Of a stretch of 5,176 nucleotides of DNA, positions 1 through 5,176 are shown piece after piece. The DNA is from a virus. Its lineage: Duplodnaviria; Heunggongvirae; Uroviricota; Caudoviricetes. Each line of letters opens with the position of its first letter. The first letter of the stretch is position 1. The translations under genes were made by a program, and so were the position numbers. Where the stretch lies: the IMG/VR virus record IMGVR_UViG_2703718861_000008, one strand, 5' to 3'. The notes beneath the pieces were generated by a model. It was not told where the DNA came from and ran no database searches. It saw nothing but the letters and a program-made list of their open reading frames with translations.

Positions 1-272
1 GGTTCACCTTTATCCCCTTTCGGGCCGGTTTGCCCTGCCGGACCCTGTGGTCCGGGTGGTCCGGCCTCTCCACGTGGGCCGGTGTCACCTTTCGGCCCCG
101 GCGGTCCGCCCGGGTCACCTTTATCGCCCTTCGGTCCCTGTGGACCTGTTTCTCCCCGTTCTCCCTTTGGCCCCGGCTCACCTTTTGGTCCGACCGCCCC
201 CGTTGCCCCGGCTGGTCCCTGTGCCCCTGTGGCACCCTGTGGACCTGTGTCCCCCTTCTCGCCCGCCGGTCC
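1..272 (-). repeat. Collagen-like Gly-X-Y triplet repeat tract within stf (coding low-complexity repeat)
   Basis: Minus-strand translation from about residue 136 onward reads [90 protein letters not shown], i.e. about 30 consecutive G-X-Y triplets. At DNA level this is a GC-rich imperfect 9-nt periodicity (ggtcc / gggcc / ccgg motifs). The + strand complement produces the artefactual Pro/Gly-rich ORFs 30..692, 47..574 and 82..384. Confidence 0.75.
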
Positions 273-677
273 CCGGGCATTCTCTGCCCGTTTCTTCGCT
301 TCCTCTGCACTCGCCGCCGACGCTTCAGCACGCTTCAGGATTTCCGCTGCCACCGCTTCCAGCTCTGCAAGCGCTTTCGGGTAATACTGCGCCTCATCCT
401 GTTCCATCAGAAATTTATTCAGCGTTCCCGGCTCAGAATCCGCCTTCACCAGAATGTCACCCACATACGACGGGGCGTACCCTTCCGTGTTCAGCGTCAC
501 CCGGTACCACCCCGGCTCCACATCAAAACTGTAACTGCCGGTTTCCCCCGGCTGCCCCTGCGCCACCGTGGTGACTATCACTGTCTCTGTGGTGCGTCGC
601 GCTTTCAGCTCTATGGTGCATCCCGGCACCGGCTTCCCGGTGCCGTCCTTCAGCACGCCCGATATTCTGACTGTCAT
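1..677 (-). CDS. stf: Side tail fibre protein Stf homologue, N-terminal 225 codons (3' end of the gene lies beyond the left edge of the window)
   Basis: My manual minus-strand translation from the ATG at 677..675 gives [99 protein letters not shown]..., which matches the lambda Stf N-terminus as I recall it ([28 protein letters not shown]...DSQPGTLNDFL). It is followed by an alanine-rich predicted helical segment and then Gly-X-Y repeats. Shine-Dalgarno GGGAGA at 688..683, 5 nt before the ATG. The frame is open to position 1. The track does not list it because no stop falls inside the window. Confidence 0.85.
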   Translation of the reverse strand, partial: MTVRISGVLKDGTGKPVPGCTIELKARRTTETVIVTTVAQGQPGETGSYSFDVEPGWYRVTLNTEGYAPSYVGDILVKADSEPGTLNKFLMEQDEAQYYPKALAELEAVAAEILKRAEASAASAEEAKKRAENARGPAGEKGDTGPQGATGAQGPAGATGAVGPKGEPGPKGERGETGPQGPKGDKGDPGGPPGPKGDTGPRGEAGPPGPQGPAGQTGPKGDKGE

Positions 678-759
678 AGATTTCTCCCATAAAAAAAACC
701 GCAGTACCGGTTACCCGGTCTGCGATCAGGGGTATAAATTGTGACTGGCTGGTGTTAAA

Positions 760-783
760 GGGTGCCGTCAGTCAAAGGCACCC
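760..783 (-). other. GC-rich stem-loop in the J-stf intergenic region (weak terminator or RNA stability element)
   Basis: 7-bp inverted repeat GGGTGCC (760..766) / GGCACCC (777..783) with a 10-nt loop. On the minus strand it is followed by UUUAACACC, only three U residues, so it is at best a weak or leaky terminator between J and stf. Confidence 0.25.
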
Positions 784-861
784 GTGGATAATGTACGATG
801 TCCGGCTTTTGTCGTTTTCCGGCAATCACGAACAGATGGATGAAACCTCACTATCCACCTG

Positions 862-3800
862 TCACGATGCGGTATCAAAATCGTCTGTATAGGATTTCAG
901 GTAAAACAGAACCGGGTCATGGATCCGAATTTTACTCTTATCATGAAGTATTGAACCACCCATGTAAAAAAGCACATCTGCTTCATACCTGAATGTAATT
1001 TCAACCCGCACATCACCCTGTCCGGCAGGAATACTCCATGAGCCTGACGCATTTCCGCCAACATCAGAATATACCGGCTCATATCTGCTGGCGTTTTTGG
1101 AAATCTGGACCTCCCGCTCCCCGGTTTTGACTTTGCCTGACCTGGCATGAACGACAACTTTGTCATTTATCTTCATGATGAATTCACCTCTGGAAAATGA
1201 ATACGCCATAAGCATAAGCTTGCGATCAAACGGCATGTTGTCTTTCAGCAAAATCATTTTCTGAAAAGTCAGCTGGTTCTGAGTCATTACGCCCTGCCCC
1301 ATATCAACCGTGTATCCCTTGACGATATCACCAATGATTCGGTCAGCGCTCATCGTTCCATTAATGGTACAGTCTTCCGCAATCGTCACGTTATTCAGCG
1401 TACCGGAACTGGCACTGATATTCCCGCTGATATCGGCATTACGGGCCGTCAGCCTGCCGTCCGGCGTCAGGGAGAATGCCGGGGGATTGCCGCCGCTGGT
1501 AATGGTGGGGGCGGTAAGAACCTTTATCAGGGCCTCATTGATAAACGTCTGTCCCCCCTGCGTGACCAGTGCGGGTGTGGTATCACCATTCTCCGGATTA
1601 ATGAATGCCACACGGTCCGCTGCCAGCAGTATCTGGCTCTGCATCCCGTCAGGGGTGTTCTCAATACCGGCACCGATACCGGCAATATAGCGACGACCAT
1701 CCTGCATCTGCTGTAGCTTCACCGCCCACATGCTGTTCAGGTCATTATTTGTGTCCGTCTGCACACGCTGGATTTGCTGTATGGTGGCGTTCTGGTCCTC
1801 CAGCGTTTTACTGACCGTCTGCGTGATTTCATTGCGGGTTTCTGTGATGGTGGTCTGCATTTCCGCCATCTCGTCCTTCAGCTGACTGTTGTCAATCTCT
1901 GCCCACAGCGCCTCTGCCAGATGCGTTTTTCCTATCTTTTCCCGGAAAAGTTCCAGATAGCCCGCAGCATCATTGCTCGCCCGTCCACTGGCTTCAACAA
2001 ACGCGGATTTACCCACCAGATTGACGCTGCGCACGTAAAACCAGAAAACTTTCCCGGGTTTAATCTGGCTGCCGGAGACGCTCCACTGGCTGCCTGTCCC
2101 CAGATAACGGGCAGAGGTTTCCACCTGTGCGGCGTCTGCAATTTTTGCCTCCGAAAACCAGAACTCAAACTGCACCGTCGGGTCATAAATGGTCAGTTTC
2201 GGGACTGCCGTTATCTGAAAATACCCCGGCGTCAGTTCAACACCGGCAGGCGCTGCCGGTGCGTTAATCCGGAACGTGGTGGTGGCGGGTTCGCCCTGCT
2301 GGCCATAGCTGTTAATCGCCCTGACCGTCAGGGTGTATTCCCCGGGAGGCAGGCCACTGAAACGGTGCTCCGTATCGGCAGTGATGGCGGTGGTCAGCAG
2401 GCGGCTGTTCTCACCGCTTCCACTGGTCAGGCGCAGACTGAAGCGCACGCCCTTCACCACCCTCGGCGTGTCCCATTTCGCCAGCGCCAGATACTGGCTG
2501 TCAGCTGCGCTCACCTCCACCGTGAGGTGCTGTACTGCCGGTGGGATAACGCTGTTCAGGGTGCCTGACTGCGGCTCAAAGCGGGCCCCGTTATCCACGA
2601 TGGCTTCTTTTTCCGGTACGTGCTGCACCGCCGTAACGGCAAAGGTGCCGTCCGTGTTTTCCCGGATGGCCACACAGCGGAACAGGCGACGGCGCAGTGA
2701 CGGCAGGGAGAGTCCCCACACCCCGTATGTCTCCACACCATCAGGCAGGGTACTGACCTGTATCCGGTCCGGCGCGGGGTGTGCGGTGATGTCCACACTC
2801 ACCGGCTTACCGCTGCCGTTAATCAGGTTCACCGTCGATGCACCTGTCCCCGGAAGTGTCACTTCACGGTCCAGCGTCAGGGTGCGGGTGGCAGCATCAA
2901 TGGACAGGACACGTCCGCCGGTCAGGGTTCCGGCATAGTCGTTATCACAGATTTCAATGATGTCACCGGGTGTGTGCCGCAGCCCCTGAGACCCGAGTGT
3001 GAAATCCACCGTCTGCGTTTCCAGCAGTTCGGTCTTTATCACCCACAGCCCGGCACGGTGGGCCTGACCGCGGCTGGTACAGCCGAACGCGTCCATCTTC
3101 AGCAGGTTGCGTCCGTAGCGCAGTATGGCTTCCGGGTCTTCCACCAGTTCCGTGGAGGTCTGCCAGCCGTTCTGCGGGTCGGTGTAATTCACCTCCACCG
3201 CCGTGTGCCGGTCCTTCAGGGCACTGAAGCTGTAGCGGAACCCCACGCCGTTATCATCCACCACCACATCGCTGTTGGTGTACGGCCACACCACATCCGA
3301 CGGGCGGTCCTGAACGAACGTCAGCGTCTGGCCGTTCCATACCGGCATACAGCGCATCGCCGAGCAGAAATCACTGAGAACGTCCCACGCCTTACGCTGT
3401 TGTGCCAGGTACGCATTAAAGGTCATCCGCGGCTCGGTGCCCCCGAAGCCATCCGGCACCATCTGGTCGCAGTACTGCCCGATGGCATACAGCGCCCATT
3501 TGTCCACGTCTGCCGCCCCCAGGCGTTTTCCCATCCCGTAGCGCGGGTGAGTCAGCATGTCCCACAGGCACCAGGCCGGGTTATTGCTGTATGCCGGTTT
3601 CAGACTGCCGTCCCAGATACCACTGTACGTGCGTTTTTCCGGGTCATAGTTTGACGGCACCTGGATGATGCGACCGCGGATATGGTAGTTCACCGTCATC
3701 TGCTGGCCGCCGAACTGCTCCGCATCCACCTGCAGCCCCACAATGGCCGTGTTCGGGTAGCACTGTTTCACATCGATGATTTCGGTGTATGACGACCAGA

Positions 3801-4392
3801 GCGTCTTATTCTGCAGCTGGTCCGTGGTGCTGTCCGCCGTCTCCCTGACCATCCGGATGTTAAAGGGCCGGGGCGGCAGATTATCCAGAATCACCGACGC
3901 CAGGAACTGCGAGGTGGTCTTGCCGTTAATGGTGACATCCTTTTCTGTCACCCAGTTACCGTTACGCTGTAACTGAATCAGCAGACGGACAGAGGACGGA
4001 TTACGGTCACCCTTTGACGTGGTCTCCACCAGTGACTGCACCCCGAAGGTCACCCGCAGGCGGTCAATGTTCGCTGACGTGATGGTGCGTGTCACCGGTT
4101 TTGCCTTCGTCACTTCCACACCCAGTACAGTTTCAGCTCCGGAGGACTCAAAGCCTTCCGGTGGTGTCTGCTCCTGCTCCCCGGCACGCCAGACCGCTGT
4201 CACACCGTGTATCACGGGATTACCGTCCGTGTCCGTCAGCGGGGTTTTGTTCACCAGGATACTCTGCAGTCCCTTCACCGGACCTTCCACCGGTCCCTCA
4301 CCAATGGCATCAATCACACTCATCATCTGCGTGGATTTGAGATTGTCTTTCGCCTCGCGCGGTGTGTGCGCCTTGCCGCCGCCTTTGCCCAC
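862..4392 (-). CDS. J: Host specificity / tail tip fibre protein J homologue (~1176 aa), with a diverged C-terminal receptor-binding region
   Basis: The track ORF 862..4443 (1193 aa) matches lambda gpJ as I recall it along most of its length: VGKGGGKAHTPREAKDNLKSTQ versus lambda MGKGSSKGHTPREAKDNLKSTQ, plus long conserved blocks such as NKTLWSSYTEIIDVKQCYPNTA, AWCLWDMLTHPRYGMGKRLGAADVDKWALY, LTAPTITSGGNPPAFSLTPDG. I place the start at the GTG at 4392..4390, which aligns with the lambda initiator Met and has a purine-rich Shine-Dalgarno (AAGGGGGA) a few nt upstream. The track's TTG at 4443 lies inside the U-tract of a terminator-like hairpin and would add 17 residues with no lambda counterpart. 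Stop TGA at 864..862. Confidence 0.93.
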   Translation of the reverse strand: MGKGGGKAHTPREAKDNLKSTQMMSVIDAIGEGPVEGPVKGLQSILVNKTPLTDTDGNPVIHGVTAVWRAGEQEQTPPEGFESSGAETVLGVEVTKAKPVTRTITSANIDRLRVTFGVQSLVETTSKGDRNPSSVRLLIQLQRNGNWVTEKDVTINGKTTSQFLASVILDNLPPRPFNIRMVRETADSTTDQLQNKTLWSSYTEIIDVKQCYPNTAIVGLQVDAEQFGGQQMTVNYHIRGRIIQVPSNYDPEKRTYSGIWDGSLKPAYSNNPAWCLWDMLTHPRYGMGKRLGAADVDKWALYAIGQYCDQMVPDGFGGTEPRMTFNAYLAQQRKAWDVLSDFCSAMRCMPVWNGQTLTFVQDRPSDVVWPYTNSDVVVDDNGVGFRYSFSALKDRHTAVEVNYTDPQNGWQTSTELVEDPEAILRYGRNLLKMDAFGCTSRGQAHRAGLWVIKTELLETQTVDFTLGSQGLRHTPGDIIEICDNDYAGTLTGGRVLSIDAATRTLTLDREVTLPGTGASTVNLINGSGKPVSVDITAHPAPDRIQVSTLPDGVETYGVWGLSLPSLRRRLFRCVAIRENTDGTFAVTAVQHVPEKEAIVDNGARFEPQSGTLNSVIPPAVQHLTVEVSAADSQYLALAKWDTPRVVKGVRFSLRLTSGSGENSRLLTTAITADTEHRFSGLPPGEYTLTVRAINSYGQQGEPATTTFRINAPAAPAGVELTPGYFQITAVPKLTIYDPTVQFEFWFSEAKIADAAQVETSARYLGTGSQWSVSGSQIKPGKVFWFYVRSVNLVGKSAFVEASGRASNDAAGYLELFREKIGKTHLAEALWAEIDNSQLKDEMAEMQTTITETRNEITQTVSKTLEDQNATIQQIQRVQTDTNNDLNSMWAVKLQQMQDGRRYIAGIGAGIENTPDGMQSQILLAADRVAFINPENGDTTPALVTQGGQTFINEALIKVLTAPTITSGGNPPAFSLTPDGRLTARNADISGNISASSGTLNNVTIAEDCTINGTMSADRIIGDIVKGYTVDMGQGVMTQNQLTFQKMILLKDNMPFDRKLMLMAYSFSRGEFIMKINDKVVVHARSGKVKTGEREVQISKNASRYEPVYSDVGGNASGSWSIPAGQGDVRVEITFRYEADVLFYMGGSILHDKSKIRIHDPVLFYLKSYTDDFDTAS

Positions 4393-4430
4393 GGAATCCC
4401 CCTTCACCGTCCGCTGCCGGACACTGTTGA

Positions 4431-4465
4431 TGTATAAAAACAACAGGCACCCCGGAGAGTGCCTG
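4431..4465 (-). terminator. Rho-independent terminator-like hairpin, minus strand orientation, about 40 nt upstream of the J start
   Basis: Perfect 7-bp inverted repeat CAGGCAC (4444..4450) / GTGCCTG (4459..4465) with an 8-nt loop. Read on the minus strand it is followed by UUGUUUUUAUAC (complement of 4443..4432). On the + strand the flanks are A-rich upstream and non-T-rich downstream, so it is minus-oriented. Confidence 0.55.
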
Positions 4466-4503
4466 CATCATGACGGAATAAAAATTCTGAATATCTTCAC
4501 ATT

Positions 4504-4531
4504 TTCACAAACTGACTGTGGCGCTGATAAT
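4504..4531 (+). promoter_or_regulatory. Candidate sigma70-type promoter on the + strand inside the I-J intergenic insert
   Basis: -35-like TTCACA at 4504..4509 (5/6 to TTGACA; a second TTCACA copy at 4496..4501), 16-bp spacer, -10-like GATAAT at 4526..4531 (5/6 to TATAAT) preceded by TG. Predicted start near 4538, about 105 nt upstream of the + strand terminator T-tract. Consensus-matching only; no experimental support. Confidence 0.3.
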
Positions 4532-4537
4532 TTCGCT

Positions 4538-4642
4538 GCGTTAGTGTTTTTTTTGCCGTGACATAAAAAAAAACAACTCCTTAACACTAATCTTCATTTG
4601 TCTGAATCTCCCGCAGCTCCGCGATCACTGCGGGATTTTTTT
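4538..4642 (+). ncRNA. Hypothetical small RNA (~105 nt) transcribed antisense to the tail operon from the I-J intergenic insert
   Basis: Inferred only from the candidate promoter (4504..4531) plus the + strand intrinsic terminator (4610..4642). No + strand ORF longer than a few codons lies in this interval. The predicted transcript contains an A/U-only hairpin (U8 ... A9), a CA-rich single-stranded stretch (AACAACUCCUUAACACUAAUC) and the terminator stem. Ends are approximate. Confidence 0.25.
4610..4642 (+). terminator. Rho-independent terminator-like hairpin, + strand orientation
   Basis: Perfect 7-bp inverted repeat CCCGCAG (4610..4616) / CTGCGGG (4628..4634) with an 11-nt loop, followed on the + strand by A then TTTTTTT (4636..4642) and further T-rich sequence. 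In the minus orientation the stem is followed by AGAUUCAGAC, which is not U-rich, so this element is oriented to stop + strand (antisense to the tail genes) transcription, not to terminate gene I. Confidence 0.6.
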
Positions 4643-4649
4643 ATTCTTT

Positions 4650-5176
4650 TTACCCCTGCCGTCCGATAACCACGACCTTTCCGCCCCCGCCTTCATCACG
4701 GGTACTGATGTCCTGGGATATACGGCGGGAGCCAACCAGCATTTCCCCGTAAGGCACCGGCATCGGGTTCCCCTGGGCAATCATGTTATCCAGCGAGGAA
4801 AAGTACGTGTTCTGTCTGCCGTTATCCGTTGCCCTGTATTCCGGTGTTTTGGGCTTCGGGGCCAGCATCTGAGCCACACCACCCAGTATCATGCTGGCAC
4901 CCAGTGAGAACAGCATCGTGGTGGCAGTCAGCCCTCCGGCACTCAGGGCTGCGCCCCACAACGCCATCGTTGCACCGGCGGTGAAGAAAGAGCCCACAAT
5001 GGCTGCTGCCCCCAGCACCACCTGAAAAACACCATTTCCCCCGGCCCCTGCCAGCCGCGGTACAATATGAATCACGGCCCTCCCGCTCAGCGGTTCATGA
5101 AGACGGGCATACACCGCCTCCGGCGCGGTATCCTCACCGGCAATACGTATCTGGTACCAGCCTTCGTTCATCTGAC
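4650..5176 (-). CDS. I: Tail assembly protein I homologue, C-terminal part (5' end of the gene lies beyond the right edge of the window)
   Basis: Track ORF 4650..5171 translates to ...GWYQIRIAGEDT...VIHIVPRLAGAGGNGVFQVVLGAAAIVGSFFTAGATMALWGAA...NGRQNTYFSSLDNMIAQGNPMPVPYGEMLVGSRRISQDISTRDEGGGGKVVVIGRQG, which matches my recollection of the lambda gpI C-terminal two thirds (GWYQVRIAG...VIHIVPRVAGAKSGGVFQIVLGAAAIAGSFFTAGAT...NGKQNTYFSSLDNMVAQGNVLPVLYGEMRVGSRVVSQEISTADEGDGGQVVVIGR). The reading frame stays open to position 5176, so the true start is outside the window; the Met at 5171 is internal. Stop TAA at 4652..4650. Confidence 0.9.
   Translation of the reverse strand, partial: QMNEGWYQIRIAGEDTAPEAVYARLHEPLSGRAVIHIVPRLAGAGGNGVFQVVLGAAAIVGSFFTAGATMALWGAALSAGGLTATTMLFSLGASMILGGVAQMLAPKPKTPEYRATDNGRQNTYFSSLDNMIAQGNPMPVPYGEMLVGSRRISQDISTRDEGGGGKVVVIGRQG

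Larger units (their letters stand above)
1..5176 (-). mobile_element. Fragment of a lambdoid phage/prophage tail morphogenesis module (I - J - stf), all on the minus strand
   Basis: Three consecutive minus-strand genes whose translations match, from memory, lambda tail assembly protein I, host specificity protein J and side tail fibre Stf, in the lambda gene order. No integration site or attachment repeats are visible in the window, so prophage versus free phage cannot be decided. Confidence 0.85.

Noticed and set aside
30-692. + strand ORFs 30..692 (220 aa), 47..574 (175 aa) and 82..384 (100 aa), Pro/Gly/Arg-rich
   Set aside because: They lie antisense to the stf coding region. Their Pro/Gly-rich low-complexity translations are exactly what the complement of a GC-rich Gly-X-Y repeat produces. 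No RBS context and no resemblance to any protein family I recognise, whereas the minus-strand frame matches Stf.
733-739. TATAAAT on the + strand in the J-stf spacer as a promoter -10 element
   Set aside because: No acceptable -35 element at 16-18 bp spacing (best candidate matches 3/6), and it would drive transcription antisense into J with no downstream + strand gene. Probably chance AT-rich sequence.
798-992. + strand ORF 798..992 (64 aa) starting in the J-stf spacer
   Set aside because: Mostly overlaps the 3' end of J on the opposite strand. No convincing Shine-Dalgarno sequence and no recognisable protein features. Likely spurious.
897-2798. Minus-strand ORFs 897..1166, 1932..2186 and 2556..2798
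   Set aside because: Out-of-frame overlaps wholly inside the J coding region. J homology occupies a different minus-strand frame across these coordinates.
4441-4443. TTG at 4443 as the J start codon (as implied by the ORF track)
   Set aside because: It sits within the U-tract of the minus-oriented terminator hairpin and adds 17 residues with no counterpart in lambda gpJ. The GTG at 4392 with an upstream Shine-Dalgarno aligns with the lambda start.
4468-4560. Tiny + strand ORFs in the insert (ATG ACG GAA TAA starting near 4470; GTG GCG CTG ATA ATT TCG CTG CGT TAG near 4518..4544)
   Set aside because: Only 3 to 8 codons, no Shine-Dalgarno sequence, and indistinguishable from chance.
1310-4561. 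+ strand ORFs inside J (1310..1690, 1605..1814, 1774..2568, 2333..2938, 2779..3654, 3776..3976, 4019..4561, 4089..4340, 4207..4437)
   Set aside because: All are antisense to the well-supported J reading frame in GC-rich DNA, where long stop-free antisense frames are expected by chance. Their translations are Arg/Pro/Cys/His-rich with no recognisable domain features.
4610-4642. The hairpin at 4610..4634 as the terminator of gene I (minus strand)
   Set aside because: In the minus orientation the stem is preceded, not followed, by the A/U-rich tract, so it is not an intrinsic terminator for the I transcript. It is oriented for + strand termination.
1-5176. CRISPR arrays, tRNA or rRNA genes, IS elements or transposase genes
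   Set aside because: No regularly spaced direct repeats, no cloverleaf-compatible sequences, no terminal inverted repeats flanking an ORF, and every long ORF is accounted for by I, J and stf.

Overview
The window is a fragment of the tail-tip/fibre module of a lambda-like (lambdoid) phage or prophage, with all three genes on the minus strand in the lambda order I -> J -> stf. It contains the C-terminal ~175 codons of a tail assembly protein I homologue (4650..5176, runs off the right edge), a complete host-specificity protein J homologue (862..4392, about 1176 aa), and the N-terminal 225 codons of a side tail fibre Stf homologue (1..677, runs off the left edge) that ends in a collagen-like Gly-X-Y repeat tract. 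All assignments rest on my own recall of the lambda I, J and Stf protein sequences against the supplied translations; no search was run. Two things stand out. First, I and J are separated by a ~257 bp non-coding insert (4393..4649), whereas as I recall they are essentially contiguous in lambda; the insert carries two oppositely oriented intrinsic-terminator-like hairpins, a sigma70-like promoter on the + strand, and a T8/A9 homopolymer inverted repeat. I read this as a moron-like insertion that may encode a small antisense RNA. Second, the last ~151 codons of J (the receptor-binding end) are highly diverged from lambda J and sit in visibly AT-richer DNA than the rest of the gene, suggesting a mosaic host-range determinant. 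There is no lom-like gene between J and stf. All + strand ORFs in the track lie antisense to these genes and look like GC-rich frame artefacts.
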